Assembly (NCBI GenBank): GCA_964016885.1
Contig: OZ024741.1
Span: forward strand, 70,060,001 to 70,124,000
Direction of reading: 5' to 3'
DNA: 64,000 nucleotides
Source: Eledone cirrhosa
Lineage: Eukaryota
In this document: positions 44,360-58,614 of the stretch, piece after piece
How positions within the stretch are numbered: position 1 is the stretch's first letter
How the letters are laid out: each line of letters starts with the position of its first letter
Position numbers and translations under genes: made by a program
The notes under the pieces: generated by a model
Database searches by the model: none
Told to the model about the DNA's origin: nothing
What the model saw: only the letters and a program-made list of their open reading frames with translations

Positions 44360-44441
44360 CAGGGTGTCCCAAAAAATGTATACTCACTTTTATTAGAATG
44401 CTGTTGAAGTGTGTGTGTATACATTATTGGGGAACACTCTG
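44360..44441. mobile_element. Tiny Tc1-like MITE
   Basis: TA-CAGGGTGTCCCAAAAAATGTATAC ... GTATACATTATTGGGGAACACTCTG-TA. Confidence 0.75.
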
Positions 44442-44929
44442 TATATATATATATATATGTTGTAACGCTAGTTGTTTCACCAAAACGTATAGCTTCTTGT
44501 TCGGATAACTGATGTTTGGATAATCGAGGTTTTACTGCTCATTGAAGCGTGTACTTTTCTGTAACTCTAGTTATGTAGAAATTTGTTATCGTGTAATATA
44601 GCAATTATGTATCAATAATGTTTCTTTTAAAGAGTAACTCCAGCTGTTATTTAAGTTTGTTTTATCGTGTAATTTCCTCAAAGTATAGCTGTTATACCAT
44701 GTAACTGAAGACAGTCATTAATGTTCTCCATGTAAGTAAATCCTGCAGTAAACTGCTGGGTTTATCCAACAGACTAGGGAGGTACTATATTCTGTTGCTA
44801 AAAAATATCATATGATTTATTTCCGATGATAATCTAGTTGAATAAATATAACTTGGGGACCTTTCTTACATATTAAAAAAAAATGTATTCTTCCGTAACC
44901 TTGTGTGTTCTTTACTCAAAATACTACCA

Positions 44930-45620
44930 AAAGCACATCAACCGGTACACTTCTTGATGACGAGTGCACTTGCATCAGAACACCCAACGCCTCGGCCTCC
45001 ACGTGTGTGGGTCACACAAATGCTGTTGTGGGGCTGTGGTCGACGAGTTTGGCCTGCACCTACTGTCATGCCGCCAGAGCGCAGGCCGGTTCCCCCGACA
45101 TGCCGCTCTCAACTACCTATTGAGAAGGAGCCTGGCATCCCTTCACAACTTGGGCCAGCAGGCCTCGACCGTGAAATCGGCAAGCGCCAGACGGAATTAG
45201 TCTCTTCCCATTCGAAGAGGTTAGATCCCTCATCTGGGATGCGACACGCTGTGATACGTTCTCTTTCTCCATCTTAGTCGCTTCGGTCACAAACCCCGTT
45301 ACCGCAACCCGGCAATGCAGAGGACAGGAAGACAAGCAAATACCGGGGCTTGTCCGGCCGCTTCTTCTTTGCCCCTGTCACCGTTGAGAACTCAGGCGTC
45401 CTCAGACCCCGTTCAGCCGTGCTCCACCGTAAAATCGGAACGTCAGCAGTCCGCCAGAGAAAGGAGCCCCGCGAGGTGAAGCGGGTGCTGTTGCAGCGGG
45501 TGTCGCTGACTATTGTCCGCGGAATTGCCTTTGCAGTTTTGTCCGCGGGATGCAGCCGAACACCGCCCCGACTTAGGCGTAGAGCTTGTCACCCTTCCCC
45601 ATTCACACTCTCTTTCTCTC
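44930..45620 (+). mobile_element. CRE-like RLE LINE 3' fragment
   Basis: [31 protein letters not shown] knuckle, LIWDATRCDTF, and FFFAPVTVENSGVL..LLQRVSLTIVRGIA. Confidence 0.8.
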
Positions 45621-46669
45621 CTTTTCTTCTCATTTATTGTATTTATAGTCCTTTACTTTACTTTCCTATACAGCCAGATCTGAATTTCTTTACCCCTTCC
45701 CCCTTTCTTTCGTTATTTATGTAATTAATTATGAAACCTTAAAAATTTAAATTTAACAAAAGAATTTCCCAAAATAAATGATGTTGGTCTGGATGGAACT
45801 TTATTTTAAGTCATCAGAGAATATGTCGAACTATATATAACAACTTTAGAATGAAGAAAAGGGTTTAATATATGAGAAAAGGGTTTAATATATTTGAGGT
45901 GAATTGTGAAAAAACAAATGCTTTGATAATTTAAAATGAGTTGAAGTGTTTTGAAAACAACTATGAGGGTTATCTTTTTGTTGAAAGGTTGTTGGTGGGT
46001 TGCAGAACAGTGCTGTTGATGTTTTATAAAACATTCCTTACACAAGATAAACTGACACAATATCCGCAGGTTTCGTATTAATGTTACAATTAAATAGATG
46101 ATTTGAAGGTGAGTTTGAGTTTAAACTAATCTACAATAAGCAAAATTATGGATTCACAGCAAAATTTTACGCCGAACAGAAGAAAAACGAAGGCGCTTAG
46201 AAGAATCCACTTTACATCGGCAAAACGTCCGAAAACGAAAGCAGTCCATTATTTGCAATGGGATATCTGAATTGAAATCTTTAGATGAATTTTCGAGAGA
46301 CAAAATTGATGATCTGAATGTCGAGATTTCTATTCTTATATCTGGACAAAAATCTAAAAAAAAAAAAAATCATATGGTATATTTTTGATGATTCTTTCAT
46401 TGACTAAGTGTTAGTTAAACACTTTTCTTAAATATAAAAAAAAAGGTATTCTACGATTTCCTTGCCCGCGTGTGTAACTGCAATTCAAAAGGCTAGCCTT
46501 GCCACACGCAGAGAATTACGTTATGGGAACACGTCTGTGTAGTCGTCTCGGTGGCCTAGTGGGAGGTATTAGAGACGGTTGAGATCTTGGTCTGGGGTTC
46601 AATCCAGGTTAAGAGATACACATAGGGGGGGGGGGGGTCTTACTAAACTTTTGAGTGAAGACCCGTGAC

Positions 46670-46937
46670 TTTGTGATAATGGTATTCGGTTCACAATCGT
46701 AAGGTCGTGAGTTCGATTCCCGGCGGCACGTGGTGTCCTTGAGCAAGACACTTTATTTCACGTTGCACCACTCCACTCAGCTGTGTCAGTAATTTGAAGG
46801 GCCAGCTTTGTCACATTCTGTGTCACGCTGAATCTCCCTGAGAACTACGTGTCTGTGGAATGTTCAGCAACATGCGCGTTAATTTCACAAGTTGATCATA
46901 TCAACTGGAACACTCGTCGCCGTAACCGACGGAGTGC
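46670..46937 (+). mobile_element. Third tRNA-derived SINE family
   Basis: B box gagttcgattcc followed by gtgtccttgagcaagacactttatttcacgttgc. Confidence 0.7.
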
Positions 46938-47410
46938 TAATTATATACTTGTCTGTGGTATACTCAACCACATACACATTAAATCACAATTGAAACTGAT
47001 GGAGGATCCATCATTATAATTAATGGTTGCTGTCATCATATCTATATTTATCTCTTGACTGAATCCATTTTGAATTCAACGATAGATATTTAAACAAACT
47101 GGAGAACACCTCCACCCCATGGAGCGGGGGTGGGAGAGAGAAGAAAAGAACGAGTGTGTTATAGTTATAGCACCGTGTTCTGCACAGACCCCATAGGTAG
47201 AACTCATTAAAATATCCCAGATTCCAGATCCCAGGAAGTCGGTACAAAACCTCGTCGTTGACTTGGTTTCAGTCACAGCAGCAAGACTGACTAATCAATA
47301 CCAATAAGTATGATAAAGTCGATTGAAATAACACTTCACAAATGTATGTATATATATATATACACATATATGTGTGTGTGTGTGTGTGTGTATATGTATA
47401 TATGTATATA

Positions 47411-47503
<93 letters not shown>

Positions 47504-47670
47504 GTGTATGTGTGTATGTGTGTTTGTGTGTGCGCGTATATATATATATATATGTATGTATGTATATAATAGAGAAATAACTAAATATTTTACAAAAGTA
47601 ACTAGAAAAACTCATTAATTTCCAAGACAACACCGTACATGACGTATGTATATGTGCGTTTGTGTGTGTG

Positions 47671-47747
<77 letters not shown>

Positions 47748-47751
47748 TTAT

Positions 47752-48129
47752 AATATTAAATAAATGGAAACTATATTTATAAAACCATATTTATTTCATT
47801 ATATATATTTCGGGGATATCATATTAACAATATGCTATGCCTTCCTCAGACAAAATACAATATAAACAGTTTTATAGATAAATAGATTCGACATACCGTT
47901 ATAACACCGACTTCCATATAAAACTGTTTATATTGTATTTTGTCTGAGGAAGGCATAGCATATTGTTAATATGATATCCCCGAAATATATATAATGAAAT
48001 AAATATGGTTTTATAAATATAGTTTCCATTTATTTAATATTGTAAATATACTCCAAATATTTGTCGAGTGCTTTTATATCAGTTATAAATATTTACTAGT
48101 TGTAACCCAACAATTTTAAATATAACTTT

Positions 48130-48132
<3 letters not shown>
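47752..48132. mobile_element. Perfect 125-bp inverted repeat of the PLE pLTR with an HHR in each arm, plus tail
   Basis: Arms 47752-47876 and 47917-48041; CTGAGGA...GAAA-TATATA-TA at 47944-47993 and its mirror; homologous to 42790-42912. Confidence 0.9.
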
Positions 48133-48175
<43 letters not shown>

Positions 48176-48180
<5 letters not shown>

Positions 48181-48462
48181 ATATTAACAAATGGAAACTA
48201 TATTTATAAAACCATATTTATTTCATTATACATATTTTAAGGGCCACCAAGGCAGATTATGGTGCGCTTACATCAGATAAAATATAATATAGATTAGTTT
48301 TATAAATAAATATTGACATACCCCGAAAAATATAACCTTCACGGTTGGAGTCTCCATTTGTTAATATATTGTATATTTACTCCAATAATTTGTTCAGTGC
48401 TTTATATCAGTTATAAAAAATATTTTGCTTGTTGTATCCCAACAAATTAAACATAACTTCTA
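48176..48462. mobile_element. Second, diverged pLTR fold-back of the same PLE group
   Basis: Short inverted repeat aatatattaacaaatgga / tccatttgttaatatatt; decayed minus-strand HHR (CTGATGT...AAAA) with a different helix II; tail similar to 48045-48130. Confidence 0.7.
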
Positions 48463-48544
48463 CATATATAAATATATATATATATATACACATATATGTA
48501 TATATACATATATGTATATATATGTATGTATATATATATATATG

Positions 48545-48590
<46 letters not shown>

Positions 48591-48618
48591 AATATATATA
48601 TATATATATATATATATT

Positions 48619-48658
<40 letters not shown>

Positions 48659-48696
48659 CATATATATACATATATATATATATACATATATGTGTG

Positions 48697-48742
<46 letters not shown>

Positions 48743-48782
48743 CACACATATATGTATATATATATATGTATATATATGTATG

Positions 48783-48819
<37 letters not shown>

Positions 48820-48841
48820 GTGAATATATATATATATATAT

Positions 48842-48944
<103 letters not shown>

Positions 48945-49298
48945 ATGTCGTTAGTGAAATAGTAGTGATTGTTGGAAGACATTCGATCAGCTTACTTATG
49001 AAACACTAATAACCTAATAACCTTTGATACAAAAAGTTACAATAACAGTAAAAAATCACAAGAAACAAGAAACAAATCAGAAATATATATATAGTAAAAC
49101 ATACTTGCAGCATATATATGTGTGCGCGTGTGTGTGTATGCGAGAATGCGTATGCGTGCGTGATAGTGTATATGCGTGAGTGCGTGTATATATATATAAA
49201 TATATGTTTATATATATAAATATATGTTTATATATATATATATATATATATATACTATATATATACTGTATATATATACTATATATATATACTATATA

Positions 49299-49329
<31 letters not shown>

Positions 49330-49476
49330 CTATATATATATATGTATATACATATGTATGTATATATATACATATGTATATATATATATATATATATGTG
49401 TATATATATATTTTTATATATATATATAAACATATATATTTATATTTGAATATACATATATACAATTATATAAATA

Positions 49477-49538
<62 letters not shown>

Positions 49539-49606
49539 TATACATATATCTTTATATACATACATAGTATATATATACTAAATAGTATATATATATATAG
49601 TATATA

Positions 49607-49666
<60 letters not shown>

Positions 49667-49892
49667 TATATATATACTTTATACTATATATAGTATATAG
49701 TATATATATAGTATATAGTATATATATAGTATATAGTATATAGTATATATATATATATATATATATACATATTATATGTATATATAAATATAACATATAT
49801 TATATGTATATATATTTATATATATATATATATATATGTACATATATATGTATATAATTGTATATATGTATATTCAAATATAAATATATATG

Positions 49893-49923
<31 letters not shown>

Positions 49924-49970
49924 TTATATATATTTATATATATATATATATACATATACATATGTACACC

Positions 49971-50015
<45 letters not shown>

Positions 50016-50038
50016 CTACTCTCATATTTATCTGTGTA

Positions 50039-50071
<33 letters not shown>

Positions 50072-50074
50072 AAT

Positions 50075-50211
<137 letters not shown>

Positions 50212-50819
50212 GGGTGGGGGGATTAAATATATTATATTTAAAGAAATAAAAAGAAAGTTCAGTCGGAATATCAGTTACAAGCAGGTCATAAGCAGTGACC
50301 CAATACCAATTTCAGAAATATTTTCTACAAGTTAAAGCTGAAAACTGAAACTTTATTTGCCAGAGGGAGGTGCAAGTGACGGAGCAAAAAACAACAACAA
50401 CAAAAACGAATAAATAAATAAATAAATGTCTTAAATTAGTTTTTGATTTTTCGATATAATTTTTATTATATTTATGAAATGAAAGAGAACATTTATGTCT
50501 GGAATTAAGTTGAAGAAAGTAATAAATAAATAAATGGAACAGCATGGGATCCTGTTTTATTTTTGTTTATTTGTTTTTCTAGCTAGGTCTTAACATCCGT
50601 TTTAAAATTAAATTAGAACCGAAATTCTTGCTAAAATTCCCATTATGATCTCAGTTCCAGATATATCGAAACAGAAAAAGAAAAATATATATGGACATCT
50701 CTCCAGTGATTTTTATTCAGCTCCCCAATCATCACATGCGGAAGAACAAACCATAAGAATTACAGGGACCGTCCATTCGACGGCTTTCCACAGTTCCTGC
50801 CTAAACAATTTCACTCAAA

Positions 50820-51090
50820 TTTTGTCTTAAGCCAGAAGGCTCGTTAGGTCGTTGTTTATCACGGTTTCGTGGTGTGAGGCGACTGAGAGTGCAAGACTTC
50901 TCCCTGGACAGGAAGCCAGTCCATCGTAGGATTAAACCCCAACTATTGCTGGTACTCATTTTCAGCAGAGTATACTGGAGCAACGTGAAATGAAGTGTTT
51001 TGCTCAAGAACACAATATGCAGCCCAGGAATCGAACCCACGACATTATGATTGTAAGTCCAACACCCTTATTACTAGACCACGCGCCTCC
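50820..51090 (-). mobile_element. tRNA-derived SINE with V-domain-like centre
   Basis: Minus strand: gggttcgattcctggg B box, gtgttcttgagcaaaacacttc, gatggactggcttcctgtccagggag. Confidence 0.65.
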
Positions 51091-52189
51091 ATTTTGGAAC
51101 AGAGTCGAGGTTATAATAAAAGAAATGTACTATAACAGGATCGAACTTCGGATGTTAGGATTGCGAAGCGAATTTCTTAACCACTCGGTTATGTCTGCAT
51201 TTCTTTCGAAGCAATTTCTTATGAGTCAACAAGGTTTGTGAGAAATTACTTTGTACGATATGGTCGTTAGACATATAGATATTTGATAGTAGCTCTGACG
51301 TATCTAACAGATTAATTTTTCACGAGCAAACAAGGCTGCCTTTACATGGTCACTCGATCTGCTAGAACTAACAACTACATTTCACTCAAATTACACCACC
51401 CTACTTAAAAAAAGGAAGGAGATACTGGACAACATAGCCCGAGGTACAATGTCTGTAAATAAATTTAAAATAATGAATAATCACTGCTGGATTATTATAA
51501 GTATTATAAGTATTATAAGTATTATATGTATTTCATCATCGATCACAGCCGACCAGACGCTAAATAACATATCAATTTCTCTCAAAGCTTTTCCTTTAAC
51601 TTTATTCGAGAGATAAAAAGACATAATTTTATACCATAACAGAAAATAGATGCTACAAGTGAAAAGTGTCTGACACCCAACCAATAAGGTATGGCATTGA
51701 ATTCTAATGCCATATTACATTCACAAGGGGTTGACTCGAGGCTATAGAAAAAGACACTTGCTGAAGATGTCACGCAGCTAAATCGAACCTGGAATCTTAG
51801 AATCATGGCGTGAACTTCTTAACCACTGCGAGCCAATAAGGCTGCGATAATTGATTCTTGACACTTATCTACTTGCCACAAATCTACTTCACATTTTATT
51901 TCTTTATTTTGCCTGTGCTGACACCATGTAAGTGGAACAGGCGATGATTTAAGAGCCTTTCTCAGGAATCAGGACAGCATCAGTTATAGAATTCCATTCA
52001 ATCGTTTTCGATCCATTGCCAGATGGGGCCTCAGCCTTTTGTTGGTTGCTGGCTCATCTAGTCTGGTTTTAGGCCTACCCGTCTACACTGGTCAATTGTG
52101 GACTGAACGAGGTGCGCCTGGATTCGGTGATTAGCTCCTTGGTGATGCACAATTATTAATTAGCTATATATGCTTCACTTGGGATTTTT

Positions 52190-52350
52190 GTTTACAAAGA
52201 GGTCTCCTACCCAGCGAGTTCCTAAGTGGCAGATAGAGGGACAACCTTTAGATATATAGGGGTGAGCGGTGAATCTAGAAATAAGCCATCTCGAATCAAC
52301 CACGAACTGGCTTTTGGCACCGCATAGCACTTATCAACCCCCAGGTTAGA
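52190..52350 (+). mobile_element. Possible RTE 5'UTR remnant
   Basis: gtggcagatagagggacaacctttagatatataggggtgagcggtgaatctagaaataagc resembles, from memory, an RTE 5'UTR motif. Confidence 0.35.
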
Positions 52351-53389
52351 ATCACAGGTGAAACTATGGGAAGCTGTATGGCAGATGTACAATCACCGCG
52401 AATGAGTAATCAACGGCAATAGTCATACAAGGCTGGGAAGATAAATATCTCTGAGGTCAGTGGTCAGGATCTCAAATTTTCCAAAGTGTATTAACTGCTA
52501 AAGTGTTTAGACTTACTGATCTTAGACGTTATTATGCAACCGAAAGCTTTGAAATGATTAAACTTGATCAGCTGATTACCTTGGGGGGTAAAATGTGGTG
52601 ATGTTCGTGATTTGGGAATATGAAAGAAAAACAAACGCTGCTGTTATTCTTCATCAAAAGTAAGTGAGCCTGGTGGAGTCCATCCGTCCCCAAACTACTG
52701 CAGGTGAGAGAAGTAAGTGGCACATTTCGGAATCGAAGCATCATTGCAGACACAGTCAACTGTGACTTTACCACACGAAACGTTGTCGTTTTTATTGTTG
52801 TTTGGTCCCAGATTTACTTTGATTCAGGAAATTTATGATCAAGAAGTGTTTCAACCAATACCATCCCGTATTTTTCTATATCCTATTTAATGCGTCCTTT
52901 AAGGTATAATTTGAAGAATATTTAGCTGCCATTTCTAGCAGCTCAAGTGACTGCGTGAAAAGCTGCCAGCAACGTAAGTGCACGAATGTGTGAAATAACT
53001 TTATTCAAGAATCGAATGCTGTATGACTGGACTCAGTTTTTGATATAAAAATACTTCGTTCTCGAGTTTCGCTTCCTTTACTAGATAAACATATTAAACT
53101 AAGTTTGTTATTATTGCTTCAATAATAGAATTTCATGGATCCGTAAACAATGTTATCGATCCAAATCCTTTGTGTAACGCTTCACTTCACATGAATTGAA
53201 AAGACATCAAGCAAGTCAAATATTTGTGTTTCTATTTTTGTATTTATCCATTAAACTTTTTACAGTAATAGCTTTCTTTTCACAATGAGAATTATATTTT
53301 AAAAACTCTAGTTATGCTTTATGAATTTACCTCAGATTTTTAAATATATATTGTGTTGTGAATAAACATATATTATTTGATTAACTAGA

Positions 53390-53580
53390 GCGGTGGATTG
53401 GCAGTATCGGTAGAACATCAGACACCATACATCAGCAACACGGAGTTACTGCCCTTTACGTTCTGAGTTCAAATTCCGCTGAGGTTAGCTTTGCCTTTTA
53501 TCCTTACGGGGTCGATAAAATAAAGTACCAGTAATGCACTGGGTAATTGCTGGCCTTGTGCCAAAAGTAGGAACAATTAC
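53390..53580 (+). mobile_element. tRNA-derived SINE (family A)
   Basis: A/B boxes; imperfect TSD attatttgattaa / attacttgattaa. Confidence 0.9.
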
Positions 53581-53740
53581 TTGATTAATTACATTGCCAA
53601 ATAAATGCTGTTGAAATACATAGATGTTTACTTTTAAAATAAAATTTAGTAAGAAAAAAAAAGGGGGTGGGGGGGGGACAAAGGGAAAGAAGGAATAGAG
53701 AAATATAGAAAAAAAGAGAGAAAGAAAGAAGAAAAAGAAC

Positions 53741-54459
53741 GGGAAGGGGAGAGGATGGCAAGAGCTCTGGTGTCACAGAAGAGAGGGGGAGGGTGATTGG
53801 GCTTAGGGCAAGAGGGCAGAAGTGCTGTGCCCTGCTGACAAGACGGCAAAGCATTCCCCCCGGACGATGGTCAGTGACACCCGCTGCAACAGCCACCCAA
53901 TCTCACGGGGCTCCCTCCCGAGACGGGCCGCCGTCGCTCCGATCTTGCGGCAGGAGCTCGGCAGTACGGGGACCAAGTATGCCTGAGGTCTTGAGGGTTT
54001 CAGTTAAGTTCTTGTTTGTATTTGGTATAAACATCGTTTAGCTAGAGATTCTCATCATAGGCGGGAAAGTCAAGGCACGTGTCTTCTGATGAACAAGGGA
54101 AGGGGAGAGGATGGCAAGAGCTCTGGTGTCACAGAAGAGAGGGGGAGGGTGATTGGGCTTTGGGCCTAGGGCAAGAGGGCAGAAGTGCTGTGCCCTGCTG
54201 ACAAGACGGCAAAGCATTCCCCCCGGACGATGGTCAGTGACACCCGCTGCAACAGCCACCCAATCTCACGGGGCTCCCTCCCGAGACGGGCCGCCGTCGC
54301 TCCGATCTTGCGGCAGGAGCTCGGCAGTACGGGGACCAAGTATGCCTGAGGTCTTGAGGGTTTCAGTTAAGTTCTTGTTTGTATTTGGTATAAACATCGT
54401 TTAGCTAGAGATTCTCATCATAGGCGGGAAAGTCAAGGCACGTGTCTTCTGATGAACAA
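53741..54459 (-). repeat. Tandem duplication (356 and 363 bp) of a CRE-like 3' fragment plus flank
   Basis: Units 53741-54096 and 54097-54459; the minus strand encodes TSGILGPRTAELL and REPREIGWLLQRVSLTIVRG. Confidence 0.9.
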
Positions 54460-54756
54460 TCAACTAGGTGTGAAATATATAAAGACAATCTCTTGAGAAT
54501 GTACGTGTACGCAGAGAAAAACATAATGTGTTTACATACGTTCCTTTTTACAGCGATGCTTATAATTTTGTAAAGGAAAACTCTAGCCCTACTCCCATTG
54601 AATTATAATTACTAGTGTATCATACTGTCAAAAATAAAGATAAGCATATCTATCGCACTTAAATATTAAATTAGATAAATCGCAAAATCAATTATGTCAA
54701 CCCAAATTTATATCGTTTTCAGGTCACAAATGTAGTTCCTTCCTTCACCCTAACCT

Positions 54757-54944
54757 GATGGATTGGCAGTATCGGTAGATGGTCGGGCGCCATGCTTTGA
54801 CGCATAGAGTTACGGCCCTTGCCATTCTGCGTTCAAATCTCGCCGAGGTTAACTTTACCTTTCATCCTTACGGGGTCAATAAAATAAAGTACCAGTAATG
54901 CACTGGGATAATTGCTGGCCTTGTGCCCAAAGTAGAAACAATTA
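54757..54944 (+). mobile_element. tRNA-derived SINE (family A)
   Basis: ggattggcagtatcggtag...gttcaaatctcgccgagg...ccaaagtagaaacaattat. Confidence 0.9.
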
Positions 54945-54957
54945 TGTAAGTATATAT

Positions 54958-55047
<90 letters not shown>

Positions 55048-55096
55048 ATATATTTCTTCAATGTACTGTGTCGTTTACTTTATTATTTCTGTTTCC

Positions 55097-55138
<42 letters not shown>

Positions 55139-56188
55139 TATGTGTGTATGTGTGTGTGTGTGTGTTACATGAGTGCGTGCGTATTGGTTGGAGTGTTTGT
55201 GTGTATGTATGTGTATGTCTGTGTATATGTGTGAGTGTGGGGCTTTTGTATATGGATGTTTTAGATGGGATTTACGATATAGTTTTCTTTTTTTTTTTCT
55301 GTCCTTTTGGCTTTTTGCGAAGTATGCACTAGCTACTATTGGCCCATTCAACATCAGGTCCCGATCCACTTAGACATGCAGCTGCTCACCCAACAGCCAC
55401 AGATAAACTTCAAAAACCGGTCTCAACGGAACATATGGCTATAAAACTATGTAGAGGTATCTTATATTTTCAACCAGCTCAGATGTCAAAGCAGGTTATT
55501 CGAACTATACACAAACAAAATACCCTTCTTCTCTCAATTACTAATTTCTCCCAGTAATCTGGTCTGGAAGTAATATAACAAAATTGTGTTTTGTTGATGT
55601 TTTACCAAATCTCGACGTATTCGTATTTTTGTGTCATACGCGTTTGGCCACTACGGTAAGTGACTATAATCGTGTGGGGCCTGTGCGGTTATTTGCTCAT
55701 TCGACACTACCTTTCAGTTTCAGCTATCGGCTGACCATTACTGTTACATCAGTAATACGTTCTGCAACACGATTTTAATATAATGTTAACAATAACCATA
55801 TGCTTGCTATTTTGAAGTGTTCTATGTTTTTTATGTATTATTCATTACATGGATTTTAAGTATTCCATGGTTATAAATGAATATATAGCTAGTAGTATTG
55901 GTTTCCTAGTTGGTCCCTAATCAAACGATACCAATGCGTTAATGAAATTGTTACGCCAACCCAATCTCATCAATATATCAACACAATAGAGCAACACGGA
56001 ACAAACAGCTATGAATCCGTTTGGTAATATATATATATATATATTATATATAATTTACACTGTTCATATAAATATAAATATTCTTGGGTTCCACATTATG
56101 TGTTGATTGCTCATATCTTTCGTTTGTACCCATACTTACACACGCACATATACACAAACATATATATGTATATATGTTTGTATGTATG

Positions 56189-56937
56189 TTTCTCTTTCTC
56201 TTAATTTTGAGTACATTTTTGACCGGCCACCTTCCTGGTGGCAAGGTCGTAAAAGAAATTGTCATCCATTGAATCCCAAGAATATTTTGCAAATTTTGAA
56301 GGTGCCAGCTATCGCAACTATTTGTAGTCTATAAATTAGGGAGCTCCGCTCTTTGTCCACAAATCCAAGTTCAGTTATACTTTGGTCCAAGCGAGTTGGT
56401 ATATAACCTGTAGCTCCAATAATGATAGGTATGAAGCTGAATATGTATCTTGTATACTGGATCTGCAAACTCCTCATCAATGGTCATCCTTGTAATTTTC
56501 TTATAACGTTGAGATCAAGTGGGCAGCTAATCTCTACAACAGAGCACGTTTTCAATGTGTGGTCCCAGACAACAATATCAGGCCGGTTGTGCTTTAATGT
56601 GGTGGCAGATTTTATTTTCAGGTTCCACCAGTATTCTTTAGTGCCATCTATCTCAGCATATTCCTCCTCATTTGTTTTTAATTTTGTTTTGCTATGTGCG
56701 TTCCAGATGGTTCTAGCAATCACATCGTGTCTCATAGGGAGGTAATAACGAGACGACATTCTTTCGCAGTTGGCAACAATATGGCTAACACCTTCGATCT
56801 TTGTTTTACATAGCCTACATTTATTGTCGACTGATCGCCCTCCCCTTTTGTGTAGCAGATATTTGGTAGGGATTTCTTGTTCCTGTATTGCATAGAGATA
56901 TCCTTCAATGTGGGATATCATAAACTTGTCGGTACTC

Positions 56938-56940
<3 letters not shown>
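56189..56940 (-). mobile_element. Second R4/Dong-like LINE 3' fragment
   Basis: Closely similar to 7866-8642 with a frameshifting deletion; the 3' end also runs into CATA repeats. Confidence 0.85.
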
Positions 56941-57021
<81 letters not shown>

Positions 57022-57099
57022 CTTGCAGAAAATTGATCAATGGACCGTATTTCTGCTACTTATTATCTAGGCGATTTCAATCAAGGCTAACCAGGCTGC

Positions 57100-57410
57100 C
57101 TTGACATTAACATCAGTCATTCCGGTTTACGACGACTATAGGGTAGTGGGGAAAAGAGGAAAGCCACGAAAATATATTTTAAATCATAACTGGCAATTTC
57201 TTTTCGAGCTTGTGGTAGTAGAGATTTGCGGCGTTTTGGGCTCCTGGAACACATTCTTGCTCACTGATATCGGAGCGGAGTTGACTACCAGCAAGTGTGA
57301 GCCCCGCGAGCTGGTGTGGCTGTTCCAGCGCGTCTCTCTCGCTATATTTCGGGTCAATGTCTCCTTCATTCTGTCCGCCAAGACCACGATGAGGACTAAC
57401 CCGTAAACAG
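57100..57410 (+). mobile_element. Decayed CRE-like LINE 3' fragment
   Basis: FLFELVVVEICGVLGS..IGAELTTSKCEPRELVWLFQRVSLAIFRVN. Confidence 0.7.
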
Positions 57411-57522
57411 TGAGTAGTAAATACATATCTCACACAGACACAGACAGAGACATACACATACACACATACAGACACACACACATATATATATTCTCTCTCT
57501 CGCGCTCTCGCTCTCTCCCTCA

Positions 57523-57586
<64 letters not shown>

Positions 57587-57675
57587 TACTACTACAAACA
57601 ACTAGAACAAATTGATACATATATTCACACCCACGCATATGCCACACACATTATAAGCAGTCTGTAACATATAAC

Positions 57676-57712
<37 letters not shown>

Positions 57713-58007
57713 ACCCACACATAGATGGATGAAACAGAGATGGAAAGAGAGAGAGAGAGATAAAGAGAGAGAGAGAGAAGGGCAGGGGTAGATTTTTAAA
57801 GACTCAATTAGGTTTCTTTTGATCTCTTTAAACAACAAAAATACCAACAACAGCGGTAACTCTATAAACGATTACCAACAGTAAACAACAACGATGATAA
57901 GAATAACAACACATTCCACAAGATCTTCACAATATCTTCTTAATACAATTATTCGTAGACCAAGCATTACATTCATATAGACGGAAACATGTCAATACAC
58001 ACACACA

Positions 58008-58039
<32 letters not shown>

Positions 58040-58046
<7 letters not shown>

Positions 58047-58240
58047 CATAGACACACACACACATACCATAGACACACACATACATACTATACACAAACA
58101 CACACACATACCATAGACACACACATACATACTATACACACACACACACACATACCATAGACACACACATACATACTATATACACACACACACATACCAT
58201 AGACACACACATACATACTATACACACACACACACAAACA
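58040..58240. repeat. ~42-46-bp CA-rich minisatellite
   Basis: Repeated ccatagacacacacatacatactata. Confidence 0.8.
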
Positions 58241-58248
58241 CACTATGT

Positions 58249-58347
<99 letters not shown>

Positions 58348-58450
58348 AATGCGAACAAGCATGCAAGCATGCACAGTTTTCAGCTCAGAAACAAAATTTT
58401 ACACGCTTATCCTACACAGAACACACATACTCTGATAATGATATATAATG

Positions 58451-58527
<77 letters not shown>

Positions 58528-58555
58528 TGTGTGCAGGTATGCACGTATGTATGTA

Positions 58556-58611
<56 letters not shown>

Positions 58612-58614
<3 letters not shown>

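Noticed and set aside
54086-54105. CTGATGA at the tandem-unit junction suggesting a retrozyme repeat
   Set aside because: No helix II followed by GAAA; the unit is a CRE fragment plus flank.
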